A DNA stretch of 63,755 bases, the filler included, from Phoronis australis (taxonomy: Eukaryota; Animalia; Phoronida): NCBI GenBank assembly GCA_002633005.1. It is 7 parts of 7 records of this genome, joined end to end, with 100 filler letters (N's around TTAATTAATTAA, not from the genome) between each part and the next. Parts side by side here need not be neighbours in the genome. Positions count along the whole stretch, not along the records: positions 30,592 to 41,293 come from NMRA01001738.1; positions 41,394 to 54,140 come from NMRA01001456.1; 5 more parts are not named here. One strand, 5' to 3'. A program made the position numbers and the translations under genes. Numbering within the stretch: position 1 is the first letter of the stretch; each line of letters begins with the position of its first letter. The notes under the pieces were generated by a model. That model saw only the letters and a program-made list of their open reading frames with translations, was not told where the DNA came from and made no database searches. Positions 39,141-51,653 of this stretch are shown piece after piece.

Positions 39141-39178
39141 ATATTTACAACAATTTAGGACAAAAAGTGCCAACATAC

Positions 39179-40861
39179 AGCACTTTGGTGTAGACTGCCT
39201 CTTGATTTTGAAAAAAGTATCCGTGATCAGAAATATGGTGGATATTTTATGCCTTTGGAAGTTTTACATATTCCTTTCTGTGCAACCTGATAACAAATTT
39301 ATTTGGAGACTAGCACATGGGTCTTTACGCAACAAATATTTTCTTTTTTGTGGGTGGACGCGAGAACTGAGGCGGTGCACCGCACGTTACTGCTTGCGCG
39401 CGTAGCTGAAGAGCCGTAGGCGTCGAAAAGAGTTCTACAACAGTTTCATTGCGTTTTCGTCCAAACGACAGTTGTGCATTACTCAAAGGCTTGCCCGCAG
39501 CTTTAGGAACACGCGCAGGTGGCGACGACCAAGATTCTTTGCACGCATTCTGCTTTGCCTTGTTACCTCGTGAAGATTTGGCAGGAGACTTTTTAGAAAT
39601 TGTCTTTTTCCTCAATTGAGAAAATGTCACAGGCTTAAGTTGACGCATGTGTTTTATAATGGTCGGAATGTCTTGAATGACAAAAAGAACAGCAAAAACA
39701 GCGATGAGAAACCAGAGTACAACTGCCGGGTACTGTGCTCCCTCTGCTTCTTCTGGGTTCCTGCGAGCTAGCGGGAATACTGGCTCATACTCCATTGCTG
39801 AAAATCAGAGAAATTTTTAAGGTTAAACTCCTTATTGTGGAATAGATCCGGGAATATTTTTTTCAAGTATTTGATAGAGGAACCAACGGCTACACGACAT
39901 ATCAATCTTAAAGAAGTTAGTCATTTCAACTGTTCCATAAATATACCTACATTTATTGTCTTGTCCACTGGAAGTAGTTGTTGTCTCTGGTTGGAATGAT
40001 CCAGTATTGGATGTCGTAGNAGCACTTTGGTGTAGACTGCCTCTTGATTTTGAAAAAAGTATCCGTGATCAGAAATATGGTGGATATTTTATGCCTTTGG
40101 AAGTTTTACATATTCCTTTCTGTGCAACCTGATAACAAATTTATTTGGAGACTAGCACATGGGTCTTTACGCAACAAATATTTTCTTTTTTGTGGGTGGA
40201 CGCGAGAACTGAGGCGGTGCACCGCACGTTACTGCTTGCGCGCGTAGCTGAAGAGCCGTAGGCGTCGAAAAGAGTTCTACAACAGTTTCATTGCGTTTTC
40301 GTCCAAACGACAGTTGTGCATTACTCAAAGGCTTGCCCGCAGCTTTAGGAACACGCGCAGGTGGCGACGACCAAGATTCTTTGCACGCATTCTGCTTTGC
40401 CTTGTTACCTCGTGAAGATTTGGCAGGAGACTTTTTAGAAATTGTCTTTTTCCTCAATTGAGAAAATGTCACAGGCTTAAGTTGACGCATGTGTTTTATA
40501 ATGGTCGGAATGTCTTGAATGACAAAAAGAACAGCAAAAACAGCGATGAGAAACCAGAGTACAACTGCCGGGTACTGTGCTCCCTCTGCTTCTTCTGGGT
40601 TCCTGCGAGCTAGCGGGAATACTGGCTCATACTCCATTGCTGAAAATCAGAGAAATTTTTAAGGTTAAACTCCTTATTGTGGAATAGATCCGGGAATATT
40701 TTTTTCAAGTATTTGATAGAGGAACCAACGGCTACACGACATATCAATCTTAAAGAAGTTAGTCATTTCAACTGTTCCATAAATATACCTACATTTATTG
40801 TCTTGTCCACTGGAAGTAGTTGTTGTCTCTGGTTGGAATGATCCAGTATTGGATGTCGTAG
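39179..40861. repeat. Identical 841-bp duplication around a single N (likely assembly overlap)
   Basis: 39179-40019 equals 40021-40861. Confidence 0.9.
40167..40639 (-). CDS. Terminal exon of single-pass membrane protein (TM + basic tail); duplicate at 39325-39797
   Basis: ttttcag| acceptor phase 1; TM VVLWFLIAVFAVLFVI followed by QDIPTIIKHMRQLK and Lys-rich tail. Confidence 0.65.
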
Positions 40862-40954
40862 AGGAGTTCGATGTTACGTACTTATCTGTTGAGGTCACTG
40901 TAGTGTGTGACGACGTCATAGCTGTCTCCGTACTTAATGAGAACGATGCCGGAC
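40793..40954 (-). CDS. Ser/Thr-rich (mucin-like stalk) exon of the same membrane protein
   Basis: PASFSLSTETAMTSSHTTVTSTDKYVTSNSSTTSNTGSFQPETTTTSSGQDNK; T|GTAGGT donor phase-matches next exon; acceptor (GAG) uncertain. Confidence 0.55.
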
Positions 40955-41293
40955 CTCAAAATTAAAAACATTATTTAGAATATGACTGCACTTGATTAAC
41001 ACCATCGGTTCAACCAGGTCAAAGGGCAAAGACATCTGATTGGTTCGCGATGACGATTTCCCGGCTGCAGCATCAGAGTCGAGGCAGTGCACTCTGAGTC
41101 TATGAAATATATGCATCATCCTAACAACAATAAATAATCAATAGAAACAAAACCGATAAAGAACAACCAAAGAGGGATCTATGGCAATGTAGTTAAAATA
41201 TTTTTACATTACATTTCATTTCGTCTTGAACACACTTTATTGCTGTTCTATCTTGTAAAAACCTTCGCGACATGTGATTATTATTTAGAGCTT

Positions 41294-41393
41294 NNNNNNN
41301 NNNNNNNNNNNNNNNNNNNNNNNNNNNNNNNNNNNNNTTAATTAATTAANNNNNNNNNNNNNNNNNNNNNNNNNNNNNNNNNNNNNNNNNNNN
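41294..41393. other. Artificial contig spacer
   Basis: N44-TTAATTAATTAA-N44. Confidence 0.95.
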
Positions 41394-42920
41394 ATGTCAC
41401 TGTTGCTGCCGTGAAGGCAATGCGGCCAATAAGTGCACTAGTACATCGTACTTGTGTCTCCTTTGCGTTGCTGTTTGATTTTTGGTTGGTCAAACACTCA
41501 CTGACAAACGTGCGAATAGAATTTTTAGGAATTGGTTTTTGAAGCGCTCTGCACTTATGAGGCATCTTTGGACAAATCTTTCATGTCCATTTTTGCAGTC
41601 TTCTGGAATGATTAACAAATGATGTACTCGTGGCATCTGTTACACCCTTTCCAGTACTGATGTTGATGAGAGGTAAGCTTAGATCAAGTGTGAAATGATT
41701 GGCAATAGACTCAGTCTGCTTGATGATCTTCTGCAGATTGCCATTGTCTTTCCTTATTCTGGCTGGACTGAGGTCAGTGTGAGTGTCTCTTGTATTCCCC
41801 ATTCCGACCATAGTGAGAGCTGCATTCACAATCGCAGCTTGGCTGCTCTTGGTAACACTCCACTGTACACTTGAACTGTAGTTGTTTGTGGACAAAGCAT
41901 ATCCAGTCCTTCGTGACGTGGTATCAGCATTGATTGTTTGCTCCACGGTAAGATCGATTGGACTTCGCGCAAATTCATTGTTCGGTCGTCTTACTGAAAA
42001 GACTCCACGATGGGAACAATCTAAATTCATCAAGTGGAGTTGGTATTTTGACATCCAGCGTGCACAGTTCAGTCCGTTGCAAAAAGCAGATCAGTAATTG
42101 GTGTCACCATGGTGGTGAAGAGATCAATGATTTTCCTCTAACTGCGTGTTCGACAGTGTTGAAGATATGTATGTATTGGATATACATTGCCCAAAACTGT
42201 GCTGTTCGACCGAGATCTCCATTTTCAGCACTCTTCTAGAACCTCTCAAAAGCTTCAAATTGTTCTTAGAATAGTGTTGAGCTACAGATACCATCAACAT
42301 CTTCCCTCTTTTCTAGGGGCACATTCGGCAATTTCACGAGGACCAAACCTGTGTTATCAAATTCCTTCATGAACCTTCGGAAAAGTAATGTTTCTAACGC
42401 AACTGGGTTAAATCATTCCACGAAGGCTCTCTGAAATTCCGGTGCTAATACACTTGAGTCTGTTAACATCGCTGGTCTACCCCATTCTGAGATAAACTTT
42501 CCAATGGCTCTAATAAACACATAAGAATGTGGAATACCCAAACATTATTAAGACCTTGTCGAACTCTGGCTGACTGGTGACTTGGATTCGGTGTGCAGTC
42601 TTCGCAACATCTAGATCATGTGTAACCAGACCATACATCTGGCAACATTCCTCTGCACACTTCAGAGCTGTGCGCAATGTGTCCACAACAACGTCAATTT
42701 TTGTGATGGGTTGGCTCACTTTCGGCATAAAATGAACAACTTTGCTTCAGCAACTTATCTTGGTGAAGACGTGCGTTAAATCCAACCCACATTGGTGTAG
42801 ACTCTGAATTGAGGTTGAGGCGTACGAGGAACTGTGTGTCCAATTTTCGTGCGGGACCAGAAATTTCAGGAAGCTTGCTAAACTCGGTATAAGGGTATTG
42901 AAACTGGTTCATCCGTGGCT
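41394..42920 (-). pseudogene. Decayed DDE transposase, Academ-like
   Basis: Frameshifted fragments PMWVGFN, LVTHDLDVAKTAHRIQ, IMFG-FH, NCARWMSKY, FSVRR...RSPIDLTVEQTINAD, INISTGK. Confidence 0.7.
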
Positions 42921-43757
42921 TCTTGCGATTAAATGAATGAAAAATTAATTAATTAATTAATGTATAATTATTGGTTCCTAATAAAAAACCCAGAATTTTT
43001 CATGTCTTAAATTGCGAATGACTTTTTGTTCCTGGATAAAAAGTTTATTTATAGCATCAATTAAAATGTTTGTACTTCCCTTTGTATGCAAGTTCAGTAT
43101 TGTCCCTCGGGCTCCAGACACCTCCCCNCCCCCCCCCCCCCCGTCTTATCTGCAAACCCCTAGAAAACTGCGTCTTTGGTTGTGGATATGGTGTCTGGAG
43201 TTACTAAACTGTCCGATGCGTTTGGAAAAGGAATTTTGGTTGCACTTAGAAGTTAAAATAAATCGTCAATTGGTCGTTACATAATAAGTGCCTTAATTTA
43301 CAACACAAGAGTTTTTCTTGTCATAACTTTTTTTTTCATTTGAAATAATGCTTTGTCCGTAGCAGTAATCCAAATTTTTGCATTTCCTCTTTCATACAAG
43401 TTTTTTTTTTGGGTCCTCTTATCCCCTGGGGTCAAAACAGCCCCCCTCCCGTCTTATCTGCATACCCTAGGAAAAATCGAGTCTTAAGTTGTGCATATGG
43501 TGTCCAGATCCAGTTACTAAACTATCTTTTGGAAAAAAATATGTTACACTTAAACGTTTGAATTATTCGTTAATCTGTCATTAATTAGTAGGCGTCTTAA
43601 TTAATAACCCCAGGCATTTTCGCACCGTTTTAATTCGGGAGGTGCTTAGAATGAAATAATCTTAAAACGGAGGTTGCACTCGAATATTTAATTAAATGGA
43701 TTTTTGGCCCATTTTGAACCCCACAGGGATCAAATCCCAGGATTGCTCATGATAAGA

Positions 43758-45949
43758 CAGTGGCGGATCTATGGGGGGTTCAGGGGGTTTAAACCCCTCC
43801 CTCGGGTCAGGACCCAAAAATTAAAAAAACAAAAAAAAACAAAAACATCTCCAGCAAAACAAAAACGCCGACACCGCCAGCATGTGTAAACCCCAAGTTA
43901 ACCAACATGGAAAAAAATGAGGGGGGTTCACTCTGAAAATATATATTTGCATTGTGAATTGCTGTTATGAAAATCAACGCGTTTCGAGTCTTCGTGGCTT
44001 ATCGGCAAAACCCTGGAGATCAATTGTGCGCGCGCTTCCGACGACACTTCTCAAGTAGCCAAGCATTTTAGATAGATCCACCGCTGAAAGAGGAGCTCTA
44101 TAGCTGATTTCTTTGGGTAACTAGCTTCTTTACTCTAAGATAATGTAGATTTGATTAGGGGAAATACTGTGGTGCCCCAACCCTTATAATCAGCCGAATT
44201 GACGTGCAACGTCTTTACCTCATCTGTCATGCCGTGTCATCGTATTAAACCCCACACGTTTGTAACTCGAATTTGATTGGTGTATAGTAAAGTTGTCTTG
44301 CGCAATATCATGTAGAGTACATGTACATGTAATACTTTTGAAAAAAACTTGTTTTCCGAAGAATTGCTATTGTGGCGGGCTCCGTGGTCTGTTCGCAAGT
44401 CTGTTTGAAGATCATGGCACTCTAACAAGTTATGACTATACAAGGAAAGACCAAGGGGGCACTCACATTGACAAAGTGACCGCATTCGCGAACAGTGTAC
44501 AGTATCAGAAATTGCGAGGAGGCTGTATTTTCACAACAAAGTCTTGCGGGACTCGTGCGATGTTCAATAGGCCTCCTAAGGACCCCTAGTGCGGACCTCA
44601 ACACCTACCGTCTTTCTACCTGCAATAAGCACCACTGCCGTTTTCTATACTGGGAATTTCCGCAGAAAGGCCCACCAGACGAAACGGCCTTGCTCATGGG
44701 CATTTATTTGATGTTAGTACTTCGGGTTTCAAGCGTTCAGACATTGGGACGTTTATTTCGAAAATTGCAAGAGATGCAAATGGGTCCTGGGATACATCGT
44801 CAAGGTTTGAAGTAGTCCATGATGAACGGACCAAATTTAGTTGCGCATGCTGTAAGTCTTTTGAATGGACTTGGTAACCTCAGGGGCTTAGTGCCAACTG
44901 AGTTGCGAAACGAGATGTTGACATTGTAGAGGCGTACAAGCTCATTGACACAGCAGTTGACGAAGTGCAAGCGTTGGGAACAAACGTCGAAGATCTCTGG
45001 GTAGAATGGTTCCAAGAGCAGCAAACCATTGGATCTGATGTACAGATTCCTCGGCAGTCTAGACAACAGAAAGATAGGATCAAAGTTCCTGGAGAAACAC
45101 CCAGATAATAAGTTATAATTATACACAGTTTGTAATAATGTCGGTTTTTTATGCTTGTTTACAATGAAAACGAAATAGAAATTATTTTTGGACATGCCAA
45201 ATTTACCCAGTACAGCAGAGGATCTACGAGCGCACAGAAACTGATTCTGGTTTGTATTTCCACTTGAGTCTATCTGCTTCATATCCAAAATCTTATTTCA
45301 CGTAGTGCGTAGTTACATCTGTACTCAATACTTGTTTCTTCTAGTGAGTACAACAGAACGGTGCGAAAACCCTTCCTAGACAACCTCTCGCAGCAGTTGA
45401 CCACCAGATATGTAAACTACACGTATGAGCAACCACTGGGGATTAAAAAGTGTCTAGAGAGAAGTTTTCCATTCAAAATTTTTTGCAAAGTACGCTTTAG
45501 GTCTCACCACTGACCAGGCCAGCTTGATTTGTGTAGATATCGAGTTTCAGCGTACTTCTGGTCCCTCGGCGAACTAGTCTTGTGATGTTTTTTACCAAAG
45601 TGTGCTTTGTAAAACTATTTATCTCAACCAGTACTGCTTGGTCAAGCGACAGATCGACTATTTATATAAGAATAATAAGCACAGCTGTACTTTTGGTCTC
45701 GTGACGGATCAGGCCAGAGTTTTTGTGTACTCTCAGTGTACATCTGGTCCCTCTGCGAACTGCTCCTGTATATCTTTTCACCACGGTGTAGGTCTACAGA
45801 GTGCTTTGGTTTCGTGAAACTGTTTTCAGATGATTTGTTTCCTGATACATTTGACTTTTTCAATTGTTGTCAACGTGATTTAGCCTCGGATTCGTCCTTA
45901 GCGGAAATCCTAACCCCCCCCCCTTACTGAAAACGTAGATCCGCCACTG
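43758..45949 (+). mobile_element. Decayed hAT (Tip100/hAT5-like) transposon, copy 2
   Basis: TIR CAGTGGCGGATCTA; perfect 5-bp TSD TAAGA; remnant KRDVDIVEAYKLIDTAVDEVQALGTNVEDLWVEWF...IPRQSRQQKDRIKVPGETP / EYNRTVRKPFLDNLSQQLTTRY. Confidence 0.88.
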
Positions 45950-46356
45950 TAAGACGCCCTTTTCCTTCAATGGTTGGTGATTTACAATAGAATTACGCAC
46001 TCACACCTTTTGCACTCAAACGGGTGAATAAACTCCTCCTGGTTCTCCAACTATAAGACTTGTGAATCCAATCTGAAATATACGAAAATGGATACAAAAG
46101 CGTAATCCGACGAGAGTCTCTATTTCCAAGCATAATAGGCAGAGCTTACAATTTATTGCATCTGTGAACTCACTGAATGATGTATGTTTTCGGTTTTGAA
46201 CTATTTTCCACACCTCCAAAATCCCGGACGGCGGATCCAGGTTACCTGCGATACGCCAAATACGGATTTATATATGCTGTACCGTCTGACATTAGAAATT
46301 TATGGAAACCAGAAAGATCATTGTCACGTTTTTCCCGTGTGTGGGTGGGCGCAGGT

Positions 46357-47086
46357 TGTTACAGACCGGTGCTAATAGCTTTCGGTGCGAAGATTGACTG
46401 AAGACTGCTTCGAGTTAAACCTTTTACTAATCCCAACCGTACAGTCATAAGCCTACTCAAACAAAACGTCCCACGTAATGTCTGTTTATGCTCCAGCCAG
46501 TGCCGCGAAGCCTTGACTTGTGATGAACTTCTGGGACACGTTCAGCAGCTGTTACACTCGTCGATTCAATAACCTGCTGTCTCTATAGCTGGCTCTCTAT
46601 TGACCATCGCTGTAACTGCTGATTCTCTTCACTGCAACTCAACTGTAGTTCTCCTGATTAACTTACTTGAACTGACTTGATCTTCTCTTGAACTGACGTG
46701 ATCTTTTCGTACTCAACTGACTAACACAAACCCGTGTTTGTGTATTTATAGCCTAATGCATTGTTCTAGAACTTTTCATCAATTCAAGCACATACCAGAA
46801 CTTTCTGGAACCTACCCAATCATTCTACAAACATGTACTAGTCTCTAGAATATTCCAGACTGCATTAATCACTGTCATGCTAGAGTCTTCTAGAAAGTTC
46901 CACACTATACAGTAGTAAACAAATTACATCATCACTGTTCTGACCTCAGTCTTCTAGAAAGCTCCACACTATTTTGTAGTAAACAAATTACATCATCACT
47001 GTACTTAACTCAGGGGTCATGCCAATCAAACAGAATAACAAAACAAAACAATACAACTAAAAATACTGTCAGACCATATTCTGACA
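46357..47086 (-). mobile_element. LTR of a Gypsy-like retrotransposon (solo or truncated)
   Basis: Minus strand TGTCAG...TGTAACA, TCTAGAA-rich U3 with tandem duplication, TATAAATA box, AGTAAA near end; no TSD. Confidence 0.6.
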
Positions 47087-49469
47087 AACATGATGCTCGG
47101 TCACTAAACTGATACTCTGGTAAAACTTGCCCAGTGAGTTACGATTATACAAATTTATACACCCCAGTGTCTCTGATGAAATGAGCAAAAGATCACAGTC
47201 ACGGTTTGCGAACTTGATTTGTACAAGAAAAGAAGCAAATGGACATGGTTAAAGTTTTATTTCAAGATGTAAAAGTGGTTCTAACTAGCAACATAAAATC
47301 GTGATGGCTAAATTTCTCGACCAATCTCGGGGACCAATTCTCTCAGTATTTCTTTCTTTGCCTTTCGAAAATTCTCCATAATTTCTGATCTGTATTTCAT
47401 TTAAACCACGTCCACCTTGTTCCAGGCCTTCTCGATAAAGCTTAGTTCAGCTAAATAACATACAAACTCCGTCCACAGTTAATCACGGGATTCTGAGCAT
47501 CTGAGCAATCGGGTAGACTCGATTAGGTAGCTAAAACTGAACGACTATTCCTAATATTCTGCATTTCGCAATACCTAAATCAGTCATATGTTGAAATTAT
47601 AAATACCCTTCCCCAGTAACTTTGAAAATACCTAACTGCCACATTCAATAATCTTCTGAAATTTATGATACGGTGCCGAATTTGCATTTCTCGATCACGG
47701 ATGTCCGGTTATTGCAGATTTTTCGGGTTGCGCTTTTGGATTTTTGGAGTTTAGTTCAATTTAAACATCGGTTTCTCGCGATGCGTGAAGGGATTGATAT
47801 GAAATTTCGAATACTTGCTATATGATACCTTCCGAAGGAACGAGGTCTCAGGATTTAGATTGAAGACCTATTTCAAAAGTCTGAGACACTGTTCCCTCGA
47901 AAATGCCATATGAATATCAATATGTTGACTAAAGACCAACGTGACTAGGAGAACAACATTTTTAAAATCTCTATTCAAAGTCATTTTTTGCTAAAAATAT
48001 CTCGTGACACAATGAGGACAAGTAAACAAGAATAATAAATGGTGTTTGGAAATTCATTCAGCTTTCAGGAAATATGTACTTTGCAGAGATTTCGGCTACC
48101 GGAATTTGAGATATTTGCGCATAAGTACAACCTGGTAAACCAGGTTCACAGTTACCTAAACAAGAACAATCGATTCTCCACCACGCGATGCGCATGTGCT
48201 ACACTATGCACTCTCATTTCGAAATCAAAGACTCATGCATGCATGCCTCATGCATGCCTCGAGTATGGCCACGTGCTTTATTTCGAATGAGAAAGCCACG
48301 TTGCGAAGTGCAGAGACTAGTTGAAAATGATATCTCTGTTTATTCACTTTGTCTTGAGTGTCTTCCTTAAACGTAAGTTCTGCTTAAATACCTTCTTTTC
48401 TCAAAACCTAGTCACCAATATTGCTTCAAAACAAAATCCGACGCAAAACTAATCATTTGCAGACAACTTGGACGTCGACTGTAATAGTGCGAAAATTAGG
48501 GCGAGAAAAGCGGCAACGTTTGGAGGTGACGCACAAAGAACTGGGCCTCTAGAAAAGCAAATAGGAATGAAAGCTCGGGAACATCGGGAACAATGAACAT
48601 TTTTAGATATTTTGCCAGTCAAAATTGCCCTTCATGAATGGGTAATTAATCGATCACTTAGAATCAAAATCCCACATTAAGTACCGAAATTAGGACAATG
48701 ACATACTTCTGCAATGTCTATTATTGTCTTTGCAGTTAACGTATCTTCTTTAAAGTTCGCTTGACCATTTGGAGGAGACGAGGGTTTTTTCGGAGTATTT
48801 GTTTTTTGTGTTTTTGGAATGGTCGGCTTTCAGAGTAGGGCCTCGAGGATTTTACGTGTTTTGATTAGTGCCCCTTTGGAGTGGTGAGGCTTCGGAGTAG
48901 TTGGGCTGCAGGAGAAGCTCACTAGTACATGTAGGTGCCCTAGTCCGAAGTTACATGTAAACTAATAAGGCGGAATTAAGCCATCGCGCGGTACATTGGA
49001 GACTTTCCTGAAATACTAATTTTATATTGTTGTGAAGTTTGATTGTAAAAACGCAGTCTGCCATTACATGTACCTGATGCGTTGTAGCAAGTGCAGCGCT
49101 GCACTTAAATCGCATTGTGGAAACTTGCCATTTCAGCCTAGAGTGAAGGTCAACAATTGAACTTTGGAAAAGATGGCGATGAAAGTCGGATGTGCAGGTC
49201 ATATCAATCGACTGGTTGTCGTCGGGTGACTCTTAGCAGTTGTTATTTGATTAATATGCAAATCAAACGTGTTACCCTAGCAAATTATCAGGATGTACTC
49301 AACAACGTGTGTGCCTTCAAAAATACATTATTTGCTTTTATACATGGGCGGCGTACCACACCTTTTTCAGAGCTGTACCGCCCATGGTCTATGGGCAGTG
49401 CACCAGAGGGGGACTGGGGGGCAATAGCCCTACTTTTTTCAGTGCTGCGCCTCCCATGGTCTCTGGGCA

Positions 49470-50349
49470 GGTAGCCAGCCAGCTAGCTGTATTAAGACTG
49501 TCGTCAAAATACAGCTAGGTCCCACTGCGTGTATTTCTTCCGTAGACAGCGAAATTGCACACAGACAAGGTAGTTCTGCTCGTCACCGCGCCATAAAACT
49601 TGTATCAATATGTAAAGCTGAAGACCAGACGGTGTGCATGCAAAATCTGGGAGTCAACCGACACTCACCTTGCCCGTTACAGCCGTTTAAGTGAAAAACA
49701 ATGCAATAAACTTCGTTTTCTTGCGTAACTCTCTGCCTTTTCTAACAATGAAAAGTATTTCGTTTTGAAAACAATACGCTCGTGTCACGCGCACGCGCCA
49801 TTTCCTAAATTTTTGCGACATCTCTCAGGAGACAATGATAGCTTGGAAGCCACAAAATTTCTTCTGAAATTCGATTTTTCGGTACCAAAATTCTAAAAAC
49901 TTTTAATGAAGTGAAACCAGTCCTGATAATTTGTTGTGACGTGTACGCAACCTCGTGAAAGAACAACAGTTGACTGAAGAATCGGCGAAAAAAGAAACTG
50001 GCCAATAGGTAACGCAAAATTTCATGGCGCCGAAAGCGGTCAATAAAGATCGCTCCACAACTTTAGCAGCAGAATAACGGTAGAACGCCATTTTTACCAA
50101 CACCGTTAAATAATTTAAATTACTCAAGGAAGACTGTACTTTTTAATGACCCTAATTATGTGTCAGATTTTATCGTACCACTTTTTTTACCCACAACGTT
50201 TAAGTAGTTAAGGTGGTGCTCCCCGATGCGTTCCTGCCAGATATGGTCTATATTAGCGATCCATGCAGCCACAGGCGTCCTCAGCCTCTGAATATCCCCA
50301 ATGCAATACATTATATATATATACATATATATATACGTATACGTATACG

Positions 50350-50414
<65 letters not shown>

Positions 50415-51391
50415 TACATATGTGTATGTATATGTATATGTACATGTATATGTATATGTATATATAATACTACAAGGTATAACATTCGGAAAATGGAAGT
50501 CCACGGGTGCTTCACTTCAGCCTTCCATATCAAAAACAAAATTCAATAAATTTACACAAAACAGGGTTTCAACAAACCAATGTTTCTTTCTTCTAATACG
50601 GTCATGGTGTCCTGCTCCAGCGAGATCGCAACAAATTCGCGGTCAAAGCACAAAAATGTTTCCAAAAAGCCCACCATACAGTCCTCCTTTGACGGTTCGA
50701 GGTCAAGTACGGCAACTTCGGAACGACTTTTGTAAGGTGGTAGTTGGTTAGCCTGCCAGCAAGCTGCATGAGGCCTGCCGTCAAAATACAGCTAGGTACC
50801 AATGTGGGTGTTTCTTACGTAGACCCTGAAATTGCACACAACCATGGTAGTTCTACTCGTCACCTCGCCGTGAAACTTTTATCAACATGTAAAGCTATAG
50901 ACCGGACGGGGTGCATCAGCCGAAACTTACCTTTCCCGTTACAGCCGTTTAAGTGAAAAACAATGCAATAAACTTCATTTTCTTGCGTAACTCTCTGCCT
51001 TTTCTAACAATGAAAAGTATGTCGTCGTTTTGAAAACAGTACGCTCGTGTCACGCGCATGCGCCATTTCCTAAATTTTTGCGACATCTCTCGGGAGATGG
51101 TGATAGCTTGGCAGCAACAAAATTTCTTCTGAAACTCGTTTTTTCGGTATCAAAATTCTAAAAACTTATGACTAAGTGAAACCAGTGACGTGCACGCAAC
51201 CGCGTGAAAAAACAACAGTTGATTGAAGAATCGGCGAAAAAGAACTAGCCGAAAGCGGTCGCTAAAGATTGCTCCACAAATTATGAAGCAGAATAACGGT
51301 AGAACGCCATTTTTTCCACCACCGTTAAATAATTTAGTTTACTCAAGGAAGACGGTAGTTTTTAATGACACTAATTTTGTGTCAGATTTTT
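49470..51391 (+). repeat. Two diverged direct copies (about 49470-50171 and 50747-51391) of a ~0.65-0.7 kb repeat
   Basis: Colinear blocks such as cgtcaaaatacagctaggt and cagccgtttaagtgaaaaacaatgcaataaac. Confidence 0.85.
50311..50465. repeat. Compound (TA)n-(TACGTA)n-(TG)n-(TATGTA)n microsatellite
   Basis: Direct reading. Confidence 0.95.
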
Positions 51392-51527
51392 AACTCTCTC
51401 TTTTTGGCTTTCAAACTTGCCGAACGTTCTCTCCTATTTGCAAAAAAATGAGAAAAGCCAGCCGAGCTCACGCTCCAACTCATTGGTCCAGTAAGTCCGC
51501 GCTTGTTCTATGTTCAGATGTTGTCTG

Positions 51528-51653
51528 GCATGTCTAGACTGGGTCGAGGGATTTATGGGTCGGGGGTCGAGGGGGTCGTGGGTCATTGGTCGAGAGGGGC
51601 GTAGGTCGAGGAGGTTGTGGGGTGTGGAGGTCGTGGGGGTTTTAGAACAGTCC
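51528..51653. repeat. G-rich GGTCG(A/T)G degenerate tandem array
   Basis: Strongly strand-biased G runs. Confidence 0.6.

Noticed and set aside
39325-40637. Tandem pair of identical 156-aa genes
   Set aside because: Exact duplicate around a single N; treated as an assembly overlap
42943-42960. TTAATTAATTAA-like run as another artificial spacer
   Set aside because: Not flanked by N blocks; natural low-complexity run
50213-50751. Long ORFs with VCVC/YTYT repeats
   Set aside because: Artefacts of stop-free microsatellite sequence
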